From: Eledone cirrhosa
Taxonomy: Eukaryota
Direction of reading: 5' to 3'
Assembly: GCA_964016885.1 (NCBI GenBank)
Contig: OZ024753.1
Location: 2,790,001 to 2,854,000 of the forward strand
DNA: 64,000 nt
Shown here: positions 12,191 to 27,750 of the stretch, piece by piece
Position numbering within the stretch: the first letter of the stretch is position 1
How the letters are laid out: the number at the start of each line of letters is the position of its first letter
Position numbers and translations under genes: made by a program
Notes under the pieces: generated by a model
Databases searched by the model: none
Seen by the model: only the letters and a program-made list of their open reading frames with translations
What the model was told of the DNA's origin: nothing

Positions 12191-15100
12191 TAACAATTAT
12201 TAGTGTAAAGAGCAAATAGACAAAAATATACCTAATTTTTCTTTCAACGTCCCATGGTCTGACTAACCAAAGTTGTGGATTCATGATGATTCAGAGGTTT
12301 TTTTTAAATCCCAACTAACAGTCTAATTCTATTTAGTCATATACCGCATAAACACATGTTACTACCTATATATATATACACACATACATATAAACATCTC
12401 ATACATATCACTAATGGGTCAATAAAATATCGTTCCCTGGGGATATATACAATTTCAAGCAACTTAAATATAAGTAGCCTGACCAAAATTGTGATCAATT
12501 TTAATTGTGTATAATTAATCAATTTATGATCCCAGCCATCAAGATGGAGAAAACTTTGCCACAGAGGATAATCAGTGAGAACAGAATCATAAAAATCTTG
12601 TCTGTTGGTTTAAGTTTATTACACTAGATAGAAACATCAAAGAGGAATTCAAACAACATATTCTAAGCCAAGGGCTTGCACTGGCAAGCAACCAATAGCA
12701 GTGAGTAGGTATGTGGTTCGGGATCAAGAATGCCAGAAGTTTCCACTGCTATGTCATTAAAGAAAAAATACAAAAAAATACAAACGGAAGGACATATTTT
12801 AATCTAAGGTAAATCCTGTCTGAAAAAAATTGGATAGTTACAGCTACAACAGTGGATGAAATGTAGTCTGGCTTGTGAGTAAATAACAACAGGAAATGTA
12901 ATAATAGCAGACAAGAGTCCACTATTAACTGTACCAATTATTCCAGTTAAAAACAATGGTTTAACAGTAAGTTAAAACTGGCTAAAGTAAATTACATATT
13001 TATATGATACTTCAAGTATAGTGGATAAGTAAAAATCTTGCATATTGTGTTGCATAGATTGGTTTAAGTTTATTGCAAGTATCTGTGGATAATCAGGAAA
13101 TATACACTAGATAGAAACATCAAAGAGGTATTCAAACAACATATTCTAAGCCAAGTCTATAAAAGAGTCTGGAATTTATGTTTACCAAATTTCCTTGAAA
13201 ATCTTCTGTTTAGTGGTATCATTTCCTTGAAAAAGAACTTTATACATAGTTAACCTGATTGGATTCTATATCTTCTATCTTTTAATTAGAAATACTATCT
13301 TCTTCCTCATAGTCAATAGAAAACCAATTAGATGGAGTAACTCTTCCTTACTGTGCCACATTATAAAAGAATATCGTCACATGTTATATGCATTCAGTGT
13401 ATGAACAATCATGCACGTGGTTATATAGAATTATCTAAGTTATCAATAAAAATCATGGCACAGGAAGATAAAAAAGCAAGAGAAAAACAGACACATGAAA
13501 AAAAAATGTCAACCAGATATTGAAGTTATATCAATGTATTGCACACGACTGGCATTGTGTGGTATTCTGCTGCAGCATGCATGGTAACAAAGACACAAAG
13601 ATTAACTTGAGTCATTTTTCTTTTCAACTTGCAGAGAGACTGAACGTTTGAAAAGATTGCGTGATAACAAAATCAGCTTCTTGAAATCTGATTGCATATC
13701 GTTATCCATAACATGGCAAATAATACACTACATACATACCCCCTTTTTATTTGTATATTTTATTTATAAACATTTATTTTCTTTCCTTCTCTGCTTAAGT
13801 AAGATATATTTCAGAACAGCAATATATAAAACAAAAAGCTCTCTTCATCAATTTTACTTTTTTTTTACCCCCTTCAATAATAAATCAGAGATTCTAATTA
13901 GCTAAAAGGGGTTTTCCCTAAGACTTAATAAAAGATTTTCTTTTTAAAGAAGATCTATATCTCATCGCCTTATACAAACAGATTACTTTGCTGAGGTAAA
14001 ACAAAACAAAAAACAAAATATACACCACTTATTCCTAGAAAATGATTACCATGACAATGGCAATCATTTTGCTTCTGATTGCTAATTCCATTTCCGTTTT
14101 GAGAAAATATAATTTGCTGGCAGAATAAGATATATAAATAAAATAACAGAACTGTAACATTTATCAGCTGCATTGTGGTTTTCAATAGAGGGAAATAAGA
14201 AATGAGATATTATTTTTTATTGAATTACCAATCAGTCTTTTAGCCTCTTGTGACTAACAATAGACCACAGCATCACATTAATAAAATAGTTGTTAGGATG
14301 GGCATATAGGTACAAACATTTGCTCTAACATTTCAATCAAATATCTTTATAAACGAAAATATATAATATGGGATAACTAGTTCTCTGTCTGAAACAGCAG
14401 AACTTACCTCTCCTAATGTTAAAGTCTATCTCAAGCCAGGAGGCTCGTCAGGCTGATGCTTATCCTGGTTTTGTGGTGTGAAGCGGCAGAGTACAAGACT
14501 CCTGCCTGGATAGGTCACCAGTCCATCACAGAGTTAAACCCCCAGCTATTGCTGGTATTCATTTTCAGCTGAGTATACTGGAGCAACAGAAATGAAGTAT
14601 TTTGTTCATGAACACAACACGCTACCTAGCCCAGGAATTGAACCGATGACATTATGATCATAAGTCCAACACCCTTACCACTAGGCCACATCCTCATGCT
14701 GCACAACATTATTACATCATTTATGTTGGCATAGCTGATACTAGTTTGAGTAGAATGGATCAGATAATTATAACTTATGTTGGCAGTAGTGGGTATCTTT
14801 CTATTTCCCTGTCTCTGTAAAAGATAGATTACCTGAGATGTGCTTAAGGATTATGATGTTGCATGGCAATGAGATTTGGGTACCAAATGTGGAAGATTTA
14901 CAGAAGTTGAAGATGTATAAATTAAATTTACATGAAAAGAGCAATGCATGATTAATGAAGGAATAACTGGCTAAGTTGATGTGCACAACAAAGGTAGCTC
15001 CACTGACATGCATATTTAATGCATAGCTGTTGCACCCAAAGGAATGCCTTCTTTAAGGTATGATGATCAGATGATCTGCCTATCTCTATCTCCTGTTCTT

Positions 15101-15482
15101 CTCAGTTTCTGGAAAAGAGAAGAAAGACCAGCTTTCTTGAAAGAAAGCCAACAACAACAGCAACAGCTCTTAGGTTAGAAATATACCATATGTTCACTCA
15201 AAAATACCAAGAAAGCCATGACAAATGTGGACAAGACTTGAGAAGATAATACATGATCAATAAAAATGGCGAGATTTTGTACTGGGAATCCCCCCACCCT
15301 TTGCCAGTATGGAGAATGACGATGGAAATGATGATGATGATGAGGAGAATAAGAAGGAGTGGGAGGAAACACACTCCCTCTAAGGGAATTTATGATTCCG
15401 AGACAAGCACAGGTAGAAACTCCAATAAGATCAGCTACTCAAACTTTGTATATAGAGAGGGTGAAGAGAGGCAGAGACAGAA

Positions 15483-15537
<55 letters not shown>

Positions 15538-15542
15538 AAGAA

Positions 15543-15935
15543 AACAATTATTTCTACTTTTGGCACAAGGCCAGCAATTACCCAGTGTATTACTGGTACT
15601 TTATTTTATCGACCCCGTAAGGATGAAAGGTAAAGTTAACCTCAGCGGGATTTGAACTTAGAATGGCAAGGGCCGTAACTCTATACGTCAAAGCATGGCG
15701 TCCGACCCTCTACCGATACTGCCAATCCACCGCCCTGAAGAAAATATATAATTGTTTATACTTTTGGCTCAAGGCCAGCAATTACCCCAGTACATTACTG
15801 GTGCTTTATTTTATCGACCCTATAAGGATGAAAGCAAAGTTAACCTTGGCGGGATTTGAACTCAGAATGGAAAGGGCGTAATGCTTTGCGTCAAAGCATG
15901 GCGTCCGACCCTCTACCGATACTGCCAATCCAAAC
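15543..15935 (-). mobile_element. Two tandem SINE family A copies
   Basis: Both match 49171-49357. Further copies at about 5851-6030, 19790-20000, 23945-24113, 27495-27630, 42340-42480, 50672-50855, 53497-53686 and 59785-59990. Confidence 0.85.
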
Positions 15936-16239
15936 GCTATTTAAATATGGCCAATATTGTGATATATTATATAATAATAACAACAATAAGAGTAGGAAGG
16001 TGAGCAAAAGTTTCTGAATTAGCCAACAATCAGCGTCATTTTAAAATGTAAGTCATCAGAAGAATGTAATGTGTCTGTATCTTATAACTATATCAACAAC
16101 AGCATAAATATCCCATTATATACAATTACGAAAGACTGATATACATGCTATCTTGGATTTGATCAATTATAACTAAAGTTATACAGTAAACTACAAAAAA
16201 ACTCCCAAAAATATATTCAATCAGGCATAGATATAGAAA

Positions 16240-16268
16240 CATGTATATAGATATCTATATAATATATA

Positions 16269-16338
<70 letters not shown>

Positions 16339-16368
16339 TATATATATATATATATACATATATATGCA

Positions 16369-16399
<31 letters not shown>

Positions 16400-16557
16400 G
16401 CATATATATATATATATATACATATATATGCATATATATATATATATATACATATATATGCATATATATATATATATATACATATATATGCATATATATA
16501 TATATATATATATATACATACATATACATATACATATATATATATACATACATATAC

Positions 16558-16596
<39 letters not shown>

Positions 16597-17217
16597 CGTA
16601 ATATATATATACAAATATATACATACATATATATATATATACATATATAAACATACATATATAAACATACATATATATATACATATATAAACATACATAT
16701 ATATATACATATATAAACATACATATATATATACATATATAAACATACATATATATATACATATATAAACATACATATATATATACATATATAAACATAC
16801 ATATATATATACATATATAAACATACATATATATATATATATACATATATATGCATATATATATGCATATATATATACATATACATATACATATATATGC
16901 ATATATATATACATATATATATACATATATACATATATATATATACATACATATATATACATATATATACATAGATACACATATATACATACATACACAT
17001 ATATACATACATATATATACATACATACACATATATACATACTTATATATACATACATATATATACATATATACACATATATACATACATACATATATAT
17101 ATATACATACATACATATATATATATACATACATACATATATACATACATATACATACATATACATACACATATATATATATATATATAATATATGTATA
17201 TATGTATGTATGTATAC

Positions 17218-17250
<33 letters not shown>

Positions 17251-17363
17251 ATATATGTCTATATGTATGTATATATGTATGTATGTATATATATATATGT
17301 GTGTGTATATATGTGTATATGTATATATATGTGTATGTAAATATATATATATGTGTATATATA

Positions 17364-17417
<54 letters not shown>

Positions 17418-17465
17418 TATGTGTGTGTGTTTATATACAGATAACATAGTTGTATACACATATAA
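16240..17465. repeat. Compound (TA)n/(TACA)n microsatellite with higher-order units
   Basis: Direct inspection. Confidence 0.95.
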
Positions 17466-18437
17466 AGCCATAAATATCATTAAAACAACAAAGAAAAAGA
17501 AAATTCATATAAAATAGTCACATTCTTGATTAGTTTCTCGAAAAATTATTAAATATATAATAGGGGAATAATATATATAAATAAAAAATATAAAATTTCG
17601 AAACCACATATTAGTGAAGTAAGTGGTTAAAGCTACAAATTCTCCCATATTGTTCAAATTGTAATGAACTCCAAATGGACGATTATAGTAGTACTAATAA
17701 GATTTGTGTAGTTGGTATTACTGTCATGTCTCCCAAATGAAATTAAACAAGGAAGATAACTCCAGTGAAATCAGCTAACCAGAATTTTCGGAAAACAAAC
17801 ATGGTGCAGATAAGAATAAATCTTTTCTTCACAAACTAATTGATGAAAGCAGCAGGCATGTTTCAGTTTATTAAATCTCCTCAGCCAAGAATATTATATT
17901 CAGTTAGCAAGAACTATGCATATAGAAAATTAGCAACAGGATTGGATTAAATCATTTTGAGCCATAAGCACTTATAAAATTATAGTGCCCCACCCGTTTG
18001 AAGGCACGTGGCCTACTGGTAAGGGTGTTGGACTTATGATGGTAATGCTATGGGTTTGATTCCTGGGTTAGGTTGCATGTTCTGTTCTTGAGCAAAATAC
18101 ATCATTTCATGTTGCTCCAGTATACTCAGCTGAAAATGAGTACCAGCAATAGCTGGGGGTTTAATCCTGCAATGGACTGGCGTCCTATCCAGGGGAGAGT
18201 TTCAGTCACTTCATGCCATGAAAGCAGGTTAAGAACTGGCTCAATGCGTTACTTATGCACACAAAGGGACGTAACTATGCTGGAAAGCATGGTGTCTGAC
18301 CCTTTACCGATACTGCCAATTCACCACCTAACACAGAATATTAGAGACTTTTTGTCTTAATAAAATATAAAATGAATATTAAAACTCTACTTCGGTATTG
18401 AGTACTCTTTTGCTTCAGCCGTCGACAATATACGGAT

Positions 18438-18492
<55 letters not shown>

Positions 18493-18686
18493 AGAGAGGG
18501 AGAGAGAGAGAAGGAGAGAGGGAGAGAGAGAGAAGGAGAGAGGGAGAGGGAGAGAGAGGGCAACAGATAAATTGATGGATGGATTGATTACTAATGCTGA
18601 TAGTTAACTTCAAAGATGACTATGAAATAGTATTTATCTACATATATATATGTGTTTGTGTATGTATGCATGTATGTATGTGTGTG

Positions 18687-18790
<104 letters not shown>

Positions 18791-19095
18791 GAGAGAGAAA
18801 GGAAGAGAGTCAGAAGATGATTCACCACTGAACAGACACACATAGAAAGTAGACATAAAGGTATAATATATAGTTATGTAACTTGTAGAATCAGGTCAGT
18901 ATAATGACAGAAGACGAGGTATTAAATATCTCAGGTGGGAAGATAATTAATAATAAAAAGAAATAGAGTTATTCAAATATCATATCAAGAATCATATTCA
19001 TTTATGTTCTCAGTCAGTGGTAATGAATAACTTGTTACCAGCTGGCATATATGTAATCAAACACACACACATACAGACACATATATATGCATACA

Positions 19096-19136
<41 letters not shown>

Positions 19137-19521
19137 TATATATATATTTTTTATATATATATATATATTCAAATATACATGCACACACACATATATATAT
19201 ACATATATGTATATGTATATATATATACACACACATATATACATACATGCATATATGTATGCATACAGTGTGTATATATATATATACATATACTCTTTTA
19301 CTTTTTACCTGTTTCAGCCATCCGGCTGAGGCCATGCTGGGGCACCGCCCTTGTCATATATATATATTTTTTTAATATATATATATATTCAGATATACAT
19401 GCACACACACACACATATGCATATATATATATATATGGAATAAAATGGTACTTCCTGTTGCATTTGAAAGAAACGTTTGTAAATCAATTAAATAATGTAA
19501 TTAAATTCTGTTTTTTTTATT

Positions 19522-19587
<66 letters not shown>

Positions 19588-20504
19588 CATACATGTATGT
19601 ATGTACATATATATACATACATATATATATATATACATACACACTTCAAAACTTCTGAACAACGTTTACCAAATTCTGATGTGCCTAACTGTTCTCTCTC
19701 TCTTTCTCTCCATTTCCTGATGAAGGATTTCTGTCCGAAACACTAAACCTGATTATCCAGCCACATGATATATGAGCCTTAATTAATAATTTTTAATTTA
19801 AACACAAGGCCAGCAATTTGTGGGGAAGAGATAATTGATTCTTTGAATATCAGTTCTTTATTGTTACTTCATTTTATCAAACCTGAGAAAATGAATGGCA
19901 AATTTGACCTTGGCATGGACTTGAACTCAGAGCATAAAGTGCTGTAGCTAAATGCCACAAAGCATTTTGCTTGATGCTCTAACAATTTTGTGAAGCCACT
20001 GTATGATATAAACCTTAATTAAAACCAGTGAGTTTATGGTTCTCAAGCTGGTGTTTATAATAGCAAAATTTCAATGCATGTATGTGTAATTTAGGGTAAT
20101 AAGCCAATTAAAAATATTGACTTTGGTAGGTTGGGCATCGTTAAATGCTCACATAGGTTGCAAGAGGTACTAATTAAGTTGAATATGCTTTAGAAATATC
20201 AAGAGAGGCTTATTATAGTTCATCTGTTAAGAAATATTAATCTCCTGAGCAACAACTGGAGACTATTTAAATACTATTAATCAATGCTCCTATATCTAAC
20301 TCTATCTAACTCTATCTAAATCTACACTGGGAGTCACAAGTTGTCACATATAAAACCATAATGTTCAAACAGTATTCTCTGCTGTTGATTAGCAATTAAA
20401 CCTTTCATTACCCTATTTCTAATGAAATATTCGCTATGATTTTCAATTATCTTAAATAAACAAAAATTTGTAGTGATTTAGTTAAATTCCATTCTCCTTT
20501 TTTA

Positions 20505-22600
20505 AGTATGTATGGTCCCGTAACTCCTGATAGAGTTGTAGGGGTGTTGTATAAACATACAGCATTTCTTGTGCATTTTAAGTTTGGCGGAGCCCACCCC
20601 TCTCCAGGCCTGAGTACAACAGATTTCTTCTAGAGAGAGGAAGAATTGACTCCAGTAATAGACTGGTATTTTTTTTATTGACCTTGAAATGACGAAAGAC
20701 AAAGTTGACCTCGACGGTATTTGAACTGAGAGAGTTGAGAGCTGGAACAAATACCAGAAAGCATTCTATCCGACATTCTAACAATTCTGTCAATTTTCCG
20801 TAGGCAGTATCAACCCTAAATTATGGAAGGAAGATTTTAGATAAATATAAATATAGTGGAGGCACATGGCTTAGTGGTTAGAGCATTGGCCTTGCAATCG
20901 AAAGGTTGTGAGTTCAATTCTCAGACCGGGTGATATGTTGTGTCCTTGAGCAAGAGACTTTATTTCACATTGCTCCAGTTTACTCAGCTGTAGAAATGAG
21001 ATGATAGGGACTGGGGTCCCTATCATTCCACTGCAAAGTGGTCGTAGAGGTGCCACGGTAAAAAAGCACCCAGCACTCACTGTAAATGAGGTTGGTGTTA
21101 GGAAGGGCATCCAGCTGTAGAAATCAAGCCAGAATCAGTTCCCGTCCCACCCTTGCAAGCAGGGACAAGCGGACGTAAAAATGATGATGATGATGATGAT
21201 GATGATACAGACTTTAAAATGAACAGCTTGGTATCATAGAACCCGGGGCAGTTTCAGGCAGTCTGGTATCAAAAGTGTTAAAGAAGATTATAATTTTGAT
21301 TGCTAGGTTGTTATTTAGTAATGCATGACTGGCATGGTCCCGTAACAAATAAGTTGTAGGGGCACTGTAGTGAGAAACAACATTTCTATGGCATTTTAAA
21401 ACATGGCAGAGCCCATCCCTCTCCAGATCTGAATACAGCAGACTTCTTCCAGAGAAGGATAGAGAGTGAGAGGATGGAAATGAGAAAGAGATATAGTGGA
21501 AAAATCCACCCTCAGTATTTGACTGGTAATCTTTTTATTGACCTTGAATTGATGAAAGGCAAAGTTGACCTCGGTGGGATTTGAACTCAGATAGCAGAAA
21601 GCTGAAACAAATACTGCAAAGCATTCTATCTGACGTTCTAATGACTCTGCTAAATCACTGCCTGTTGTTATAACCCACAGCTAATCCCATTTTTGTCAAG
21701 TAATCAAGACAAATGGTTTATAGTTCATAGTTATATTCACAGCAAGTTGAACTTCTCAGTGTACACCAATGAAACTCTCATCAATTTTAGAGTGTTTTCT
21801 CTCCATACAACCACAGAATAATTCTCCATCATATTGTACACACTCCTACATGGACATGGACCAGAACTAAATTAAGTCTTTTTGAGGTTCTAAGTACTTA
21901 AAAGATTATGTTTCCCCCTGCCCCCAGATATAGCATCTGCGGAAAATGGGGGTGGGCGATTACACATTTAATTTCAATAAAATGGTACCTTTCTTCCCCT
22001 TGAGAACCGAAGCTCATGAGCGTATTTTGCTTAATTGCTATTCCAGCTCTGGCAATGACATTCATCACCACCAACATCATCCTCATCAATAGCTGAATAA
22101 CTTGGCCATGGAAAGATAGTAGCATTGGAAACACACTAAAACCTCAGCTAATTGGTGGTATTTAGCTCCAGGCACATAGGCAGAATTGTGAAGACAAAAC
22201 ATCTTGTAGTATTTGTTCTAGCTCACTGTCCTCTGAGTTCAAATCCTGGAAAGGATGCATGCATACATGGTCCCATAACTCCTGAGGAAGTTGTAGGGGT
22301 GCCATATTGACATACAGCATTTCTTGGGAATTTATAAACTTGGCAGAACCCAATCTGTTCCAGATCTGAATCCAGAAGATTTCTTCCAGAGAAAGAAAGA
22401 GTGAGTAAGAGAGTGGAATTGAAAAAGATATAAAGAGGGAGAGTCGATCCTAGTACTAGACTTGTACTTTTTTATCAACCTTGAATGGATGAAAGGCAGA
22501 GTTAACTTTGGTGGGATTTTAACTTAAAGAGCAGAGTTGAAACAAATACGGCAAAGCATTCTATCCAATGTTCTAATGACTGCCAATTCACTGCCTCATT
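20505..22600 (-). mobile_element. Cluster of SINE family C copies (family A-like head, different tail), interspersed with other repeats
   Basis: Copies at about 20505-20800, 21330-21665 and 22260-22600; plus-strand copies at about 44955-45285 and 48560-48780. Confidence 0.65.
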
Positions 22601-24147
22601 GGAAAGTATGACTTTTTAAACCTTTCACAGTTAATAAAATAAAGTACCAGCCTAGATTAGTTAAATTATATAGTTCGATGTGCCACATGATATAGTTGAG
22701 AATACTACAAGATGTAGTTCAGTGTGCTACAAGATGTAGTTAGGATTGCTACAAGATATTATTAGGTACTCTACAAACAAGCAAGATTCTATTTCAAACT
22801 GAAAAATACAAGTTAAAATTTCTAATAAATTTCATATATAACTGTCAAAATGGGAAACAACTAAACTACAAAAACATTGCCAGAAAATACCAGATATATT
22901 TTTCTGTTTAGTAACTTTGTTCTGTTTATTGATTGAATAGGAGGTAAAAATAATTTTTCTATACTTTTAATTATCAATATTTCTATTTTATGATAATATA
23001 TATAAATATCTTATTTGAATAATTTTCGAATTTACATACAATGTGTGCCAATATATTTTTACATATTTTAAAGTACATCGTGTGTAAAAATAGTTTAGAA
23101 ATCACTGCTTCATGTGAGTTCTTGGCCTGCTAGAAATAGTAGCCATATCTATCAAATGTCATTCTATCACCTTGAATAAGATTGATACAGTGGATATTTT
23201 AGTACTAAATAATTGCCTGAGTAAAACAGAAGATGGTATTCATGATTGAAACATGTTTGTTCAGAAATCTACTGGGTAATAACTGAGTTGACCCTTAAGC
23301 TAAACAACAGGCTTTTCTTAAATGAAGGAAAAACTAAATACTGGGTATATTTCAGGGAAAATAATTAAGGTTTATTTTTTCACTGTTAACCCTTTAGCAT
23401 TTACTATATATACTATTGTATTTCTTCTGGATATTGCCCTTTAACAACCAATGTTGAACACACTTCAAAGGACTATGAATGCTACTGTTTGTTCTACCAA
23501 TCTTGGAAACCCTTTAAAGGACCATGGACACTGCTCTTTATTCAACCAGTCTAGGAAACTCTTCTAAGGACCACTGATGTTGCTCTTTACTCTAAATAGT
23601 CTGGGAAATACTTCAAAAGGCCAATTTACTGCCTTTCACCTTCACAAGTCTTAACCATTTACCATTTAAACCAGCCATATCCAGTCAAAATTCTCTCAAC
23701 TCTTTCTGTTCAAACCGGCCGAAACTGGCCACTCATACCTATGTTAAGGTATTCTTCTCAAATAAATATCAAAATCACATAGATTCGATATTATTTGAGA
23801 TAATTATGTAAGGTAAAGCCTTTACTGTGAAAATATAATAGTATATATAGAGTAATGTAAATGCTAAAGGGTTAAAGAACCTTTAATGAGTCTTGCCATA
23901 TACATTATCCTTTCTTCTGATTAATCAACAAAAGAAATAGTGTAATAACTGTTTCTACTTATTAGCACAGGGCCAGAAATTACCCCAGTGCATTACTAGT
24001 GCTTTATCGACACCATACGGATGAAAGCAAAGTTAACCTCAGCAGGTATTTGAACTCAGGCCATAACTGTATGCTGCAAAACATGGTGTCTGAAGCTCTA
24101 CCGATACTGCCAGGGACTTAAAAAGCAATACAACCTTCATCTTTAAT

Positions 24148-24185
<38 letters not shown>

Positions 24186-25011
24186 GAGAGAGAGAGAGAG
24201 GGAGAGAGAGAGAGGGAGAGGGAGAGAGAGAGAGGGGGGGGAGAAGTTTCAAGTTTTAACTTCCTTGCCCTCTCTCAATTTACAATAAAAACAACATTGA
24301 GAAAATAGAGCAGTTTAACTGAAACATAACAGTTTCATACTACTACCACCACCACCACCACCACCACCACCACCACCACCACCACCAGTGCTAGAAGGAG
24401 GAATAAGCCAAGTCCCTGATTTTAGTTTCATTCCTCTCTTCATTTATGTGCCTTAATGTCCTTGACCTGGAATGCATTTCATAAGCTGGATCAAATTTTA
24501 AAATCCAATATACCAAATAGACTTAAAATTAACATATTTACAACAACAGTAAAGTCTAACCTTCTCTAAGGTTCTGAGACTTGGACCTTGCAACCCTGTC
24601 TACAGAGCTGTTACGCCACCCTTCTCAGAAAGGCTCAAAATATTCATTGGCAGATCCATCCCTAGCTTAATCAGATATACGGAAAAATCCTGAAAGTAAG
24701 TGGAAGACTGATTGAAAGGTTGTACAAGGTTTGCTGGTCACTGCTTCCATACAAAAGATGAGGTGATTTCAGACCTCCTCTTGTGGGAGATCTCTATCTG
24801 AAAGCTCAGATACCAGGATATCAAAGCAAGAGACACTGGAATTGACAAGGATGACCTACAAACCTTGATGGGAAGAGAAACTGTTGATGTGAAGTTGTGC
24901 TTGTTGTCTCACCTAACAGCAATGGATAAGGATAATATAATGTTATCAGTCTAGATAAGTAAAGACCATTGCAGTAAGTAGTAGTTAAGTACTGACAAAG
25001 CTAGATAGCCA

Positions 25012-25365
25012 TTAACCCTTTAGCATTTATATTACTCTTTACATACTATTGTATTTTTGTGGTAAAAGCTTCACCTCATAGAATTATTACACATATATGG
25101 AATCAATGAGATTTTGATATTATTTATTTTGAGTTCAAATCCCGCCGAGGTTAACTTTGCCTTTCATCCTTACAGGGTCGATAAAATAAAGTACCAGTAA
25201 TGCACTGAGAAATTGCTGGCCTTGTGCCAAAAGCAGAAACAATAATTATTTATTTTGAGAACAATACCTTAACATCAGTATGAACGGCTGGTTACAGCCG
25301 GTTTGAACAGAAAGGTGTGAAAGAATTCTGGCCAGATATGGCCAGTTTAAATGCTAAAGGGTTAA
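25012..25365. mobile_element. piggyBac-type MITE with a nested 5'-truncated SINE A (about 25131-25243)
   Basis: Both TIRs and TTAA present; the SINE is flanked by duplicated tatttattttgag. Confidence 0.8.
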
Positions 25366-25859
25366 GCAAAATAAGCACAACGTTAGGAGAAGGAGGGGCC
25401 CCATTATCCTTAAAATTAAATGCATTTGTCAACTAGAAAAACAAATGTTATTGACATTATATGAGGGAGGAGGGGAACTATAATCTAATGACTGTTTAGA
25501 ATCTCAAAAGAATTTAATTTGGCCCAGAATAAGAACCAAGTACTGAGGCAAAAACATATGTATGAACCACACATTAACTTGGCCCCATCTAAGATATCTT
25601 TACTCCCTCTTCACCCTCACAGTATATGGTAGTGAGCTGAACAGTAGGAGACAGAGAGGACATATTTCATTTCTTTCACGTCATTAGTGTGTATGTGTAT
25701 GTACCTATGTATGTGTGTATGTGTGTATCTATGTATTAATGGGTACTAAGCTAAGAGAAACGTGGTAGGAAATATTATATAAACAAGAGAAGAAACCTGA
25801 TAAAACAGCAGTAGCAGAAAAAAACCTCCTTGTACGATCACATCACTAGTACTACCCCG

Positions 25860-25941
<82 letters not shown>

Positions 25942-26008
25942 GTAGTAAAAGTTTGGTAGAAATATCCAAGGATAAGAGCACTCAGTTCATATGACGAGTT
26001 TTCCTATG

Positions 26009-26058
26009 ACAGGCTGCATGAGTTGGGGTCCAGAAGCCAACGAAACTTAAGTACCTGT
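26009..26058 (+). ncRNA. Minimal type I hammerhead ribozyme with a 1-nt core insertion
   Basis: acagg-CTGCATGA-gttgg(loop)ccaac-GAAA-C-TTAA-G-TA-cctgt: perfect stems I and II, palindromic tetraloop III, GUA site; core is CTG(C)ATGA. Lies between (TA)n/(CA)n and (TA)n tracts. Confidence 0.7.
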
Positions 26059-26625
26059 TTATGCCACTGTTGTAATTATTAATATATATATATATATATA
26101 TATATATGGGGGGGGGGGTGAAGGAGAGGGGAGAGAGAGAGAAGGGAGAGGGCGAGAGAAGGGGAGAGAGAGATCTGAATTAATTCCAACAAGTTGAGTG
26201 GCCCTGTATGAGAGTCCGTGGCAAGTTTAATATGTTGTTTTAACCCCAAATCAGACCTCACCGAGCAGATCTATAATAAAATGCATTCTACCCATGACCA
26301 TCCCATCGATATTCAATATGATTTCCTTTTATTGATTTATTGTTTTATTAACTAGGATAGCTGGGTGTGATTTGAGAGAGATATGGCTACGATTTCTAGC
26401 AGATCAAAGCGACCACTTAACACATGAGATTATGTCAGCTTGCACATATATTACACAGATGTTAACGTGTAACTGCATTATTATTATTATTATTAGTAGT
26501 AGTAGTAGTAGTAGTAGTAGTACAGAGCAAAACTGCTTCTTGCTATTAATAGGTTTTTGGTTGCCTTGTCACTGAAAGTCAAAAGTTTGGATGAAAACAT
26601 GCAAAAACAGATGTTTATTCGCGAG

Positions 26626-26660
26626 TATATATATATATATATATAAATGTATATATATAA

Positions 26661-26706
<46 letters not shown>

Positions 26707-26778
26707 GTATATATATATATAAATGTATATATATATATATAAATGTATATATATATAAATGTATATATATAAATGTAT

Positions 26779-26809
<31 letters not shown>

Positions 26810-26925
26810 AATGTATATATATATATATAAATGTATATATATATATATATATAAATGTATATATATATATATATATAAATGTATATATATATATATAAAT
26901 GTATATATATATATATAAATAAATG

Positions 26926-26956
<31 letters not shown>

Positions 26957-26978
26957 GTATATATATATATATATATAA

Positions 26979-27017
<39 letters not shown>

Positions 27018-27208
27018 TATATAAATATATATATATAAATATATATAAATATATATATATATATATAAATATATATATATATAAATATATATATATATAA
27101 ATATATATATATATAAATATATATATAAATATATATAAATATATATATAAATATATATATAAATATATATATATATATAAATATATATATAAATATATAA
27201 ATATATAT
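26626..27208. repeat. (TA)n array with AAATG/AAAT interruptions
   Basis: Direct inspection. Confidence 0.95.
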
Positions 27209-27640
27209 GAGACCTTTTAAATCTCCCCGTCCGCTCCCACCCACTTTGGGGTGGGTGAGGGATGTCTTCTCTAGTGATAGCTTCCATTATGTAAAATCTC
27301 CCCATTTTGCATCATTTCTCCCTGTGTCGGGGCACTTGTTTTCAAGGTACTCCCCATTTGCGTAGATGTTGGCAAGTCTGATATGTCTGTGTGTGTATAT
27401 ATATATATATATACATACATACACATATATATATTCTAAGTATAAAATGCTAGTCGATTGCGGAATTTTTCTCCGAATGCAAAATAATATTAACAATAAT
27501 TGTTTCTACTCTAGGCACAAGGCCAGCAATTTGAAGGGGAGGGGAACGTAGGTTAAATCGACCGAAGTACACAACTGGTGCTTTATTGTATGTATCGACT
27601 CTGTAAGGGGGACAGGCAAAGCTAACCACGAATAATTTTA

Positions 27641-27750
27641 AAATGGAGATAATGTATGTAGGTGTTTTTATTGATCTAAATGGAGATAATGTATGTAGGT
27701 GTTTTTATTGATCTAAATGGAGATAATGTATGTAGGTGTTTTACTGACCT
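27641..27750. repeat. 37-bp tandem repeat x3
   Basis: aaatggagataatgtatgtaggtgtttttattgatct. Confidence 0.9.

Noticed and set aside
13633-14185. Plus-strand acceptor near 13633 and hydrophobic minus-strand ORF 13970-14185 as possible exons
   Set aside because: No matching splice partner or recognisable domain.
16217-17461. Long ORFs up to 414 aa (also at 8303, 26493, 32603, 39735, 51544)
   Set aside because: Translations of stop-poor microsatellites (YI/CV/HT repeats); no protein signal.
27270-27390. Possible terminal exon (DISDLPTSTQMG...)
   Set aside because: The acceptor lacks a pyrimidine tract (preceded by TA/CA repeat), and the CAGACTTGCCAAC end looks more like a DNA-transposon terminus.
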